Below the pieces are notes generated by a model, which saw only the letters and a program-made list of their open reading frames with translations, was not told the DNA's origin and did no database searches. 64,000 nt of DNA from Hormiphora californensis (Eukaryota; Animalia; Ctenophora): NCBI GenBank assembly GCA_020137815.1, contig CM035357.1, positions 868,001 to 932,000 on the forward strand, written 5' to 3'. Positions 25,571 through 41,016 of this stretch are shown one piece after another (the first letter of the stretch is position 1; each line of letters begins with the position of its first letter). A program made the position numbers and the translations under genes.

Positions 25571-28500
25571 TTCACTGTCAGGCCAATGCTCTGATAGGAG
25601 ATTCAAGGAAATAACAAACTAACTACTGCAATTTACAATGAAAACAAGAAAAGAGGCCGACCAAAAATCCACCTCAATAGTCAAAAAGGTCATATGATAA
25701 ATGCAAACATTGAGAGAGGGAACGAGAGGGAGAGCGAGCGAAGGCGCGAGAGAGAAGAGAGAGTAGAGAGAGGAGAGCGAGAGAGAAGAGAGAAGAGAGA
25801 AGAGAGAGGAGAAGTCGAGAGAGCAGCGAAAGAAGGGAGAAGAACGCGGAGAGAGAGAGAGAGGCGAGAGAGAGAGAGAGAGAGAGAGGAGAGGACGAAA
25901 TCCATCTCTCATTTAGGTGTTTAACTTTGTAGCAAGTTTAATATCAAAGTTCGCCACATGGCAGCAGGAATCAGGACACTCATTCAGCATGGCAACTCTA
26001 TAGCGACATTATGACTGTTTTGTGAAGCATAGAAAAGGATAATTAGTTTTATAAAGGAGCACACACAAAAGGACTAACGATTCCCAGAAATCCACCCTGA
26101 AGGCAGGCTGGGACACCCGCCTTACTGCAAACACACGCGTGTCATAAGCCCCCAGGGTGGTGTAATTTGTATGTAAACTAAGCTGCGAAAATTGTTTAGT
26201 AGATGGGAGACTCTCGTCACAGTGGGAGACTCTCTCACACTTTACTCTAATGCTCTCCAAGTGAGAGAAAAGTGTGATTTAGCTACCGTGATCCGGTCTC
26301 TAATTTCATTAGCAAGCAAGATAATTCCGGACTCCGGTTTGGGAGGACTTTCACAATCAGACCGGGACAATTAGGTTTTTACGTTTTTAAAAATTTTTTT
26401 GAAAATGAAAAAAGAACGTTTTATGAGACGACTCTTTTGGTATTAGGAAAGCCCCAAAAAAAAACAAAAATTGCAAATAGGTTAAGCTAGTCGTGAAAAT
26501 TTGTGAAGCAGAAGCGGGGGGGGGGTGTCGAAATCGGCACAAAAACATGAGAACAGGCCTTCCCTTTTGGGGAAAGGGGGAAAGAGGGAAAAGGGGAAAG
26601 GGGGAGAGAGAGACCGAGAGAGGAAAAAGGAGGAGAGGAGAGAGGGGGAGGAGGAAGGGAAGGAGAGAGAGGAAGAGAAGCGGAGGGGGGGAGGGAGAAG
26701 AGAGGAGGGCGTAAAAAACCCCCCCACCCCTATCTTTTCTTCTTTTTTCTTTTTATCTATGATATGCCATGATCGCATGCGAAAAAGAGGTGCAGTTTGG
26801 TTCAACCCGATACCGAATGTTTTTTGATAATTGAAAATTATATCCCCATCGTCACTAACGCCATTTAAAATTTTTCAACTACAACAACCCTGGGCTGCAG
26901 TTATGGGTTGGAAAAGTAACAAAAATTGTAGCTCCGTTGGGTAGCTAAATAAGGGGAGTGAAACGTGCTGTGTAGTCAAATTTCCCGTAAGAAAAACAGT
27001 AAAAGGCCGGACGGTGCATAAAACGCGGCAAAAGTTCAGTTACATGCGTACTAGGCCTGATTGGTCACGGTTTTGGGGTCGTCTTTGGATCTTTTGTTTT
27101 CCCTTCCGTTTTCTCATCAAACGACCCTGGGGAAAATAAAAGGGGTGATTGGAAAGAAGAAAAAATAACAAAACGGTCAATCCAAATTTTGTTGGGGGGA
27201 AAGCCTTTCTTGCCTGAACTTTGGGTTTGGAACAAAACGCCCATGGGGGGACAACACCGCTGAGAAACCTTTTTTTTCCCACATTTTTTTCTTTAAAACA
27301 ATTACCCCTTTAGTATAAATCAAAAATTTCCAAGAATTGAAAGCTAATTTTTGCACCCAGATCCAGCTACAAGATGGTGACAATGGGGGCTAGGTCTGAA
27401 GAGTTCTCCAGTACACAGTTCTGTAAAATCCAGGGGGGAGCTGTGATTATAGTCTTCTCTGGGACCAGATGCATGAAAACCGCAGATAGATGGGAAAATA
27501 ATAACAATGACATGATTGTAATAGACATGGAAATGAAAGTTGAAAGCAGGAAGAAATGAAAAAATTGCGCCAGAAGAAAGAAGAAGAAAAAGGAAAGGGT
27601 TTAAAAACTAAAAATGGTAAAGCTATTATAGGCTGCGGCTGGTCTCCAAGTAACTACAAAACTGACAAGCTGTCACACAGAAATACCAGTTCAGAACTGG
27701 TGACAGGTCTATTGGTATAATAGCTAGTTTAGTACGGTTATAATAGCTCAGTACGGTTGTGAGGTTGTGGGTGAGGCAAGTTGGCCAACTTCTGGCAGTT
27801 GTGGTTCTCTACTTCCGCTGTTATACGTTTAGTTGTTTAATTTTGTAAAAAACTTCAATAGAGCAAACAACAAAAAGTCAAAACAATAATGAATATCATA
27901 CATCAATGGAACAGTTTGCAAAAAGAGAGCTGTATAAGGATTGAGCTGTAAGATCGAAAGTGTTGCAATGGTTCGCAGTTTTTTTTTAGCAGGAGTTAGG
28001 TTTGTGTGTGTCGGACCCGACCCCCCTGTGCTAAGATAACAAGAGACATAAGATGGGTATGGCTCGAGGGATGATTTCCGGCCCGATTGGAGGGTATAGT
28101 TTGATAGAGACATCCCCCTTGAAATAGAGACAGGACGATTATAAAGTACACCCCTTAAATTTTATAGGTCCATCAACTAGGGTGTTTTGTGAAATTTCCA
28201 CACACGGTCATAACTCCACTCCCTGATGAGATAGAGACATAAATTTGGTTTGTACGAAGAAAAGAACTCGATTATGATTCCATACCAAACAAAATATTTT
28301 TTTTTTCAAGTGTCAAGTCTATATCTTATCAGGGGGGGTTTGGAGATTTTGGGCACCGTCTAAAATCCGGTCTCGACGCCAGCACGGGACTCATAGTAGT
28401 TTGGGGGGGGGGAGAACCTTTAGAGCGGGGGAGGAGGGGGGAGCGGAGAATAGAGAGACGAGTAAGATAGGCGATTATAGAGAGAAAATGTGTGAGAGGG

Positions 28501-28716
28501 ACAGAAAGAAAGGGACATGAGAGATCAAAAGAAAGATGGAAGCTGCAGACGCTTGAAATAATGACAGAGTACGACGTATGTCACACAACTGTGTTTGCGG
28601 GGGAGCTGCTAGCTACAAACTAAGCATCTAGAGGAGCAGTGAAATGAACTCATATCCACCTTAATCGGTTATTCATGCACTCTTCTCTCTTTATTTTCAT
28701 TCTCTTTATGAAAAGG

Positions 28717-28764
<48 letters not shown>

Positions 28765-28776
28765 CGATCGGCGCCG

Positions 28777-28809
<33 letters not shown>

Positions 28810-28989
28810 CTCGCTATCTCTCTCTCTCTCTCTGCTCTCTACTCTCTCTCTCTCTCTCTCCTATCTCTCTCTCTCTCGCTCTCTCTCGATCTATCGATAT
28901 ACTTCTATCTCTATCTCATTAGGTTGAACGGGGGGAGGCACTTGCGTTAAAAAAGTAGAAAATAGTACTCATCACAGCCCAGGCAGCTG

Positions 28990-29205
28990 CAACAGGGGGA
29001 CACATAGTGACCGCGCGACAGCGATTGAGAGTTTACGAGGCGATATAACAGCGGGATTCACTATGTTGCCGGGGACAGCGAGACTTTTAACGAGTCGCTA
29101 TCAACAGGGGACACTAGTGCCGGGACAGCGAGAGAGTTTTAACGAGTCGCTATCAACAGGGGACACTAGTGCCGGGACAGCGAGAGTTTTAACGATCAGT
29201 CGCTA
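28990..29205. repeat. ~50-bp tandem repeat, about 4 copies
   Basis: Units of aacaggggacactagtgccgggacagcgagagttttaacgagtcgctatc. Confidence 0.75.
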
Positions 29206-30282
29206 TTATTATACAAAAAGCATGTTGCATCAACTGGAGTAGCCGCATGGCGGAGGATTGGATTTTAACAATTCCTTTTTTTGTCTCTTCGCCTTCCTTT
29301 TTAGCTCTTGTTATTTGTGGAATTTTCTTTCCCTATGTACATTTTGACCCTCCCGAATTCATACCCCAACCCCTCCCACCCGACATTTTTCCCCCAGCAT
29401 TCTTCTCGCGCCCCCCTGAGGGCAAGCATGAAATATGGGAATATGCCCAATGTTACATGGGATGTGTACAAAAACGTACGTGAAGTTATATGGAATGGCC
29501 GAAATGAGAGAAGAAAAGGGAAAATTGTAGTTTCCAAGAAAGGAGTGTCATGAGTTTTGGAATAATAAAAAAAAAATCTGATCAAAGGTAATTCGGAAAA
29601 ATTAAAAAAAGTGAAGAATTAAGAACTAAAAAGTAGATTATGTAAAATGCTTGTGAAGATGGGAAAAAGAGTTAGACCAAAAAGGGGCCAGTACTGCACA
29701 TAAAAACCACTAAATAGGGGAGGGGGAGGCGAATGACTACGGCATGACGCTCCCCAAAAAAATTTCCTTTCCGTAATGCGAGAATGCATTAAAATAATGG
29801 TTTTAAAATTAATATTATCTCTCCCCCTCATAATTACTATCTGCAGATTAATAACCAGCAGCTCCCCAATAAAAAGGAATAATAATTGGTTTCGTCTCAC
29901 TATGTGGGGAGTCATCCAATTGCAGCAAGTCCTGAGTCATTGGAGGAATTTATACTACTCACACATCACCTATGGCCCATCATTATGACACTATTAATAT
30001 AATCTGACATAGTCATCAACAATTAACAAACAGCGGAGTTCATTATTACACTATTAATATGTGTCATCAATCATTAACGGTGTGCACTGTGTGCATCTTG
30101 GAAATGTTAGTTCGTTACTTAGTCGTGTCTGATTTGTCGGTTGTGTGTCTTGTCCGGTTTGTCCGTGTTGTCCCATATTCATATCATATTAGGGCTTGCT
30201 TCACCATATTCGCACAGTGGTATCCTATCAGTCAATAATGTCATAACGTCACTTATATTCATACATTCAAGCATAGAACAAG

Positions 30283-30335
<53 letters not shown>

Positions 30336-30340
30336 GAGAG

Positions 30341-30461
<121 letters not shown>

Positions 30462-30883
30462 GAGAGGGAGAGAGAGATCGACTGGCAGTTAAGTCGTGTT
30501 GAGACGCTGCGTCCGGTTTGAAGTGTTCCCTAATAGGTGGAACTCCGACCAGTTAGCGTGGCCACATGAGTTAACTGTCAGTCTGAGAGTCTCGCGCAGT
30601 AGCTGAGAGAGACGATGAGGGTGGAGAGAGTTGGTGAGATATAGAGTTCTAGAGTTGGAGAGATTTAGAGAGAGAGAGAGTATTTGAGATATGGGGAGAC
30701 AGAGTGAGAGTGAGACCCTGATATAGAGTGAGAGAATAACAGAGAGAGATAATATTATCTGTCAGGATGAATTTTCCCGAGATTCAGATCAGATCAGATT
30801 GTCACAGTCCTGAATTGCATTGCCGTTAGTGGCCCGTCTAAAATCTGTTAGTCGTACTCGTCAGAAACTAAAACATCACCGTC

Positions 30884-32275
30884 ATGGGCATAGATGCAGA
30901 TTTACCGGACCCCGCCAACAGGGACAATGGTGACCTTGATGGGACACAGGCCAACATCCAGAAGAAGACCGTTGAGGAGGACGATGCATCAGAGTCAACT
31001 GGGTATGCGAACCCTTTCAAGACTCCAGCTCCAGGTGCCGTATTCGGGATGAGGAGACCAGTACCACCGGGCGTTCCTAACATTGCTGCCATGTCTGCAG
31101 GGAGGAAACCTGAGCCGTTCAACTCTTTAAAAATGGTATTTTCTCAGTATGTGGATGCTTTTGAGACTTACAGGGATATCGTGGGATTGTCTGGAGGTGA
31201 CGCGATCAAATTGCTGCTTACTTACCTCGATGTGGACACGCAGACAAAGCTCAGGGAGAAGGGTCTCCACCTGTACCTGAGTTGGGAAGAGTTCCGATAC
31301 GAGGCTATCAAATGTATGCAGACACATGAGAGGCAGAGCGGAGTCGAGGCACGGTTCCGGTTAAAAGGCGAGGTACAGCGTGAGGATGAGACTGTTCTTG
31401 AGTTTGGTAGAAGGATCAAACTACTGGCAGACATCGCTTTTCCGGGTTGTTCACAAGGTGAGGTTGCTATCAGAGAGAACCTGCTGAAGGATGCGTTGGC
31501 GTCTGGGGTGAGAAGACAGGAGATCGGGGTACAGCTCCTGCGGTTACAATCAGAGATGTCCTTCGCTGAACTGTATGATGAGGCTCTCTCGTTGGAATCT
31601 TCCTACGTGGCTCTCAACAACATACGGAGAGGAACCACTGTGAATGTTACTGCCCTACGAGCTAAGGTAAATGAAGCCCCAAACATCCAACATTCTACCG
31701 CACAGTTTGCTGCCCCTCCCGTTAACCAAATCCATGCCCCTCCCGTTAACCAAATCCATGCCCCTCAATATGCCCCCGCTAACATAACCGACAGTGTACA
31801 AAATCCGTTTCTCCAGCCTCATGGGCAGCACCATCAGTATCAGCCCCATTCTTACCAGCACCGCGAGCATCCTCCTAACCCGTATTATAACAATCAGAGG
31901 CCGCCTGGGCAGTCTGGCTATGGTGGAGGGTATAGTGGGCATGGTTCGAGAGGATCGGGGAACTCTAGTTATGGCTCGAAAGTATGCTTTTACTGCAACA
32001 GACCTGGGCACCTGGTTCGTTATTGTTGGAGGAGACAAGCTGAGGAGGGTTCGTTAAACGAAGGAAAAAACAATTGGTCGAGAAATCAAGGAGGTCAGGG
32101 ACCATCTGGGTGGACCGGTACTGATGACTATGAGGCGAGAAGAAGACAACGCTTGGAGGCTAACAGAAATCTTGGGTTCCAAAACTACAATGATCAGTGG
32201 GCACCCTCGGCAAATGCACCTCAACCGAGTCAACATGGTACACATGCAAGCAACAACAACGCATCTTTAAACTAG
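30884..32275 (+). CDS. gag: Retrotransposon Gag
   Basis: 463-aa ORF; Q..DETV.EF..RI..LA..AFP capsid motif; CCHC knuckle CFYCNRPGHLVRYC. Confidence 0.9.
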   Translation: MGIDADLPDPANRDNGDLDGTQANIQKKTVEEDDASESTGYANPFKTPAPGAVFGMRRPVPPGVPNIAAMSAGRKPEPFNSLKMVFSQYVDAFETYRDIVGLSGGDAIKLLLTYLDVDTQTKLREKGLHLYLSWEEFRYEAIKCMQTHERQSGVEARFRLKGEVQREDETVLEFGRRIKLLADIAFPGCSQGEVAIRENLLKDALASGVRRQEIGVQLLRLQSEMSFAELYDEALSLESSYVALNNIRRGTTVNVTALRAKVNEAPNIQHSTAQFAAPPVNQIHAPPVNQIHAPQYAPANITDSVQNPFLQPHGQHHQYQPHSYQHREHPPNPYYNNQRPPGQSGYGGGYSGHGSRGSGNSSYGSKVCFYCNRPGHLVRYCWRRQAEEGSLNEGKNNWSRNQGGQGPSGWTGTDDYEARRRQRLEANRNLGFQNYNDQWAPSANAPQPSQHGTHASNNNASLN

Positions 32276-33441
32276 CTCGCCCCTCGCATGTAGGAGGGGA
32301 TTACAGTGCCTTGGATGTGACGAACGGGATGCCTCTTCATACTAACTCTGTGGTTCATTCTAGTGCTTGCTCGGGCTGCATCCATGTGGAGGTCTGTATC
32401 AATGAAAGAGTGCCCGCTATCAAAGCATTGGTGGACACGGGAGCATGCGTTAATATTCTCGCCACCCATGTAGCTCGGAAATTGGGAGGAGAGTTCGACA
32501 GCGGTACAAACATACATCTGATTGGAGTGGCAGGTCGTTCCTTGGATTGTGATGGTGTCTTGAGGGGTTTGCCGGTGCTCATTGGGGATCACAAGTATTC
32601 TGGTGACTTTGTCGTGGCTGCTATAACTGATGACTGCATACTCGGACAGCCGTTTCTGGAGGAGAATAAGTGTACCATCAACTTTAACTCACGTCGGTTG
32701 GAGGCGCATGACCATGCTGTTCCGTTGGAAATGTGTGAGAAATCAGCAGACCGAGTACTAAGAATCACGGCACGCGAAGATGTGTTTATAAGCAGCAATG
32801 ACCTTTTCCTGGAGTGCTCGGTTGAAGGGTTACAACCAGATTTTGAGGGACCGGTTCGCCTAACCATCAGTGCGGTAAACGATGCTACTGGTTACACACC
32901 TATCAGACTCTTCTTTGGGAGGGAACTACGATTACCATATGATCTGGTTTACGACACCACCACCACCGTCGCCTACCAGTCTACAGCACAAGCTGAGAAG
33001 GAGACCTTCCTGTTCCTGAGAGATACATTCGACCTGGTGCTGGATTTCCTGTTTGGATGTGAAGTGGATACTACACCACCTGGCGCAAATAACAGGGAAG
33101 TAAACATCACAGACACCAACGTGATAGACATGAATTCCACTGTGCCCGCTGACGTGACAGACGCTGTTGATGAGACTGTCGTTAACCACCACCCCACCCT
33201 AGACGGTGGAGAGTCATCATTAGCCTTGGGGCAGTTATTTTCTGACAGTACAACAACAGAGTCTGGTTCCGATCCTTGTGCTGTTGATCCGATGGGAGAC
33301 GAGGAGGATGCTGACACTACTGGTACTGCCGCTGTTCCTGTACCTGATGCTGATAACGATGTGGAGGATACTGCTGGCGGTGGGAGACATATGTTGAGGA
33401 GGAAACACCCCTTTTACGCTTCGGATGCTGTCATCGAATAG
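32266..33441 (+). pseudogene. pol: Truncated pol: aspartic protease fused to integrase C-terminal remnant (RT, RNase H and integrase core deleted)
   Basis: -1 frame relative to gag; ALVDTGA active site and ILGQPFL; then SAVNDATGYTPIRLFFGRELRLPYDLVY, typical of the end of a Gypsy integrase. No YxDD. Confidence 0.85.
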
Positions 33442-33636
33442 GTATGAAGGTGTAACTGGACTGATTTCAATAGAACAATTATTCAACCATATTACGGACT
33501 ATGTTATCCGGTAGAGATAAACCATGAAAAAGTACAAAAAAAGGACAGTAGTATTACCTCATGATTAGCTGTTCGCTAAGACTGTGTGATTCTTTAGCCG
33601 TTTGTATGGATCGCCTAGATGCAGAGTCAGAGATTT

Positions 33637-34223
33637 TGGTGACCTTGATGGGACACAGGCCAACATCCAGAAGGAAGACCGTTGAGAGGACGATGCATCA
33701 GAGTCAACTGGGTATGCGAACCCTTTCAAAATCCAGCTCCAGGTGCCGTATTCGGGATGAGGAGACCAGTACCACGGGCGTTCAACTTGTGCCTGCCAAT
33801 GCAGGGAGGAAAACCTGAGCCGTTAACTCTTTAAAAATGGTACCGACCAGTTAGCGTGGCCACATGAGTTAACTGTCAGTCTGAGAGTCTCGCGCAGTAG
33901 CTGAGAGAGACGATGAGGGTGGAGAGAGTTGGTGAGATATAGAGTTCTAGAGTTGGAGAGATTTAGAGAGAGAGAGTATTTGAGATATAGGGAGACAGAG
34001 TGAGAGTGAGACCCTGATATAGAGTGAGAGAATAACAGAGAGAGATAATATTATCTGTCAGGATGAATTCCCCCGATATTCAGATCAGATCAGATTGTCA
34101 CAGTCCTGAATTGCATTGCCGTTAGTGGCCCGTCTAAAATCTGTTAGTCGTACTCGTCAGAAACTAAAACATCACCGTCATGGGCATCGATGCAGATTTA
34201 CCGGACCCTGCCAACAGGGACAA
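33637..34223 (+). repeat. Permuted copy (B'A') of the element's 5' region (A 30545-30927, B 30928-31138)
   Basis: 33637-33842 matches 30928-31138 (with indels); 33843-34223 matches 30545-30927. Confidence 0.9.
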
Positions 34224-35403
34224 CGGCCCGCCCCCATGAATAATAGTTTAGTTGAAAGGGTTGATTGGGAGTCATGTAGCAATTTATTTCTATCAAATAT
34301 ATGTTCCTGGTAAAAAAGCAACTACTGCAACAGTTTATAAGGCAACCAGAGGGAAGAAGACCTAATTTTGAAATTAAAAGCACATACACGTCACTCACAG
34401 ATGTGTGTTTAGTATTAGCAGCTATACATACTACGACGCAACAATGACGCAATTTAAACGTCATCAAACAGATATACGTCGTATGATACTAATAATTAGG
34501 GTTTATACATGGCAATTCAGCGATACAATGAGATTTAGGACTTCCATGGAAGGAGGAATTCTAATGTTATGACCGGTGGGGATTCACCCCCAATCATTAG
34601 TATATTTATAATACCGGCGGGTAGGAATTTTGTTGTGTCTTACTCAGTCTAGACCCTGAGATCCAGCAGAAGATATAATATAGCTGCACTGGTTCTTTGT
34701 TTTTTAAAACTATCCAACTAAACAAGGCATTATAGTTACTAGTGACATGACTTTTGGTTATTGCCCCGATATGTTTATTGTTTTGACTTGGAGGAATTTG
34801 CCCTAAATTTGTCTGCAATCTGATCCTATTGACATGTCTTCTGGTTGTGGTGTCTAACTCTACTGCAGTGTTTTGTTTGACCAATTGGCCAATTGCCTTG
34901 ATCTACCGAACCCTCACTTATGAAATAAAATGCGTTGTGACTGGCGACAATTGCCCCGTCCCGTTCTACGATTGAAATTGGGATTTGATTAAATCTACTA
35001 GATTGTTGCCATGCTCTAATCAGTTGATTAGCGCATGTCCACCATGATAGATAGTGGTTCACTCTTTTCACAAATGCAAATCTGAATCATGGTCCGTCAG
35101 ATTCTGACTCAGAAAACAAACGGCAGAGGTAATTTTAACGGACACGAGGGCATAAGAAATTCTTTCAACAGGCCACTGTTAGAAACAGTCTAAGGAAAAC
35201 CGTGTGTGTACTATGTATTATAGTTTTATACACAAAATGTACATTGTATTTCGTACACACATGTGCGTACGGCAACCACCTGTGCGCGCGTTAAACAATA
35301 ACATTTGTGTACTTTTTATACAGCCATGTTTAATGGATATCGCGCGCAATGAAAATCTGGGAATACAACTTGTATTACAAGGTTCCAGGACAGGACAGCA
35401 CAG

Positions 35404-36632
35404 GGTAATATGGTAGTTCTGGGCTGAACATTTTCGACCGCTTTAAAGCGCTTTAAAGCGTTTGAGAAAGCGCTTTATAGCGCTATAAAGCGCTTTAAAG
35501 CGGTACCGCTTTAAAGCGCTTTTAAAGCGCTATAAAGCGCTTTAAAGCGATTCTTGTAAGGATTTAAAGCGCTTTTGAAAGCGCTATAAAGCGCTTTCGC
35601 AAGCGCTTTAAAGCGCTACCGCTTTAAAGCGCTTTTTTTGTTCGAAATCCAAAAATAAAGCGCTTTAAAGCGCTTTAAAAGCGCTTTAAAAAGCGCTATA
35701 AAGCGCTTTTAAGAACGCTTTATAGCGCTTTAAAGCGCTTTTAGCGCTTTATAGCGCTTTAAAGCGCTTTAAATCGTACAGTAGCGCTTTAAAGCGCTTT
35801 TTAAAGCACTTTTAAAAGCGGTCTAAAAAGCACTATTAAAAAGCACTTTTAAAAAGCGCTACAAAGCGCTATAAAGCGCTTTTTAAAGCGCTATAAAGCG
35901 CTTTATAGCGCTACAAAAAGCGCTTTATAGCGCTACAAAAAGCGCTTTTTAGCGCTTTCGAAAGCGCTTTATAGCGCTTTATAGCGCTTTGAAAAGCGCT
36001 TTAAAAAGCGCTTTTTATAGCGCTACAAAGCGCTTTTTAGCGCTATAAAAAGCGCTTTTTAGCGCTTTAAAAAGCGCTATGAAAAGCGATTTCGAAAGCG
36101 CCTTTTAGTGCTACAAAAAGCGCTTTAAAGCGCTATAAAAAGCGCTTTAAAGCGCTTTATAGCGCTATAAAAAGCGCTTTAAAAAGCGGTTTTAAAAGCG
36201 CTTTAAAGCGCTATAAAAAGCGCTTTATAGCGCTTTATAGCGCTTTGTAGCGCTTTTAAAAGCGCTTTCGAAAGCGCTATAAAGCGCTAGAAAGCGCTTT
36301 AAAGCGTTTGAGAAAGCGCTTTATAGCGCTTTTTAAAGCGCTTTTAAAGCGCTTTAAAGCGCTTTATTTTTGGATTTTGAACAAAAAAAGCGCTTTAAAG
36401 CGGTAGCGCTTTAAAGCGCTTGCGAAAGCGCTTTATAGCGCTTTCGAAAGCGCTTTAAATCTTTACAAGAATCGCTTTAAAGCGCTTTTAGCGCTTTAAA
36501 AGCGCTTTAAAGCGGTGCGCTTTAAAGCGGTACCGCTTTAAAGCGCTTTATAGCGCTATAAAGCGCTTTCTCAAACGCTTTAAAGCGCTTTAAAGCGGTC
36601 GAAATTGTTCAGCCCAGAACTACCATATTACC
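35404..36632. mobile_element. 1229-bp foldback element filled with AAAGCGCTTT palindromes; 8-bp TSD; Merlin-like termini
   Basis: TIR GGTAATATGGTAGTTCTGGGCTGAACA..TTCGACCGC / mirror image; flanks CAGCACAG at 35396-35403 and 36633-36640. Confidence 0.85.
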
Positions 36633-36942
36633 CAGCACAGTACCGTTTGGCAAAACCACCACCGGCCGCCAAATGTATTATCTTGCTACATAATATTAGA
36701 CAAACTCAAACAAGTTTTATAAAATCGGAGAAACTGATAAACTTGCTATGTACAAAATTATTTCGAAAATCTCTTCAGCTCACTTCATCATATAATTGTC
36801 CCAAGAGAAAAGCATTTCAATTGTCCCATTGAAGTTGTTGAATACTGAATAGGGCTACTTCAAAACATTTTCCGGGTGGAACGCACACCCTACACCAGTA
36901 CACCATCCGTAACACCACTGATATCTTCGTCAAATTGCAACT

Positions 36943-40774
<3,832 letters not shown>

Positions 40775-41016
40775 ACACAACGCTGCTCAATATGTGCTAA
40801 AGTATACGACTCGATGAAATTCTAGGGAATAATAATATCATGAAATAATTGTCAAAGTGAAGTGAAGAAAACTCGATATGCTTGCAAAAGAAAAGATACA
40901 ATATATCACTCTGACAATATCTCTGGAAATATCTCTGAATTGGATCAATTTCTATATGCTCACTAGACTGTTATCAGCTAACATGCAAGGATAATATCAA
41001 TTTGAATTGTCTGACT

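Larger units (their letters stand above)
18290..29900. other. Region of apparently low-accuracy (unpolished long-read) sequence
   Basis: Abrupt onset of homopolymer-inflated text (aaaa/tttt/cccc/gggg) in the middle of a coding exon; corrupted (CT)n tracts at ~23945-24100, 25710-25893 and 28720-28900. Boundaries are approximate. Confidence 0.7.
30538..33450 (+). mobile_element. Internally deleted Ty3/Gypsy-like LTR retrotransposon (gag-pro plus integrase C-terminal remnant)
   Basis: gag and protease ORFs (listed below). Possible PBS start TGG at 30538; purine-rich AATAGGTATGAAGG followed by TGTAAC at 33451. No matching LTR pair is visible. Confidence 0.85.

Noticed and set aside
30545-34223. 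A/A' repeats as a 5'/3' LTR pair
   Set aside because: The repeat lies downstream of the putative PBS, includes the gag start, and lacks TG..CA ends and a TSD.
35436-36600. CRISPR-like array (also considered for 8270-8590 and 28990-29205)
   Set aside because: No unique spacers, no cas genes, eukaryotic context.
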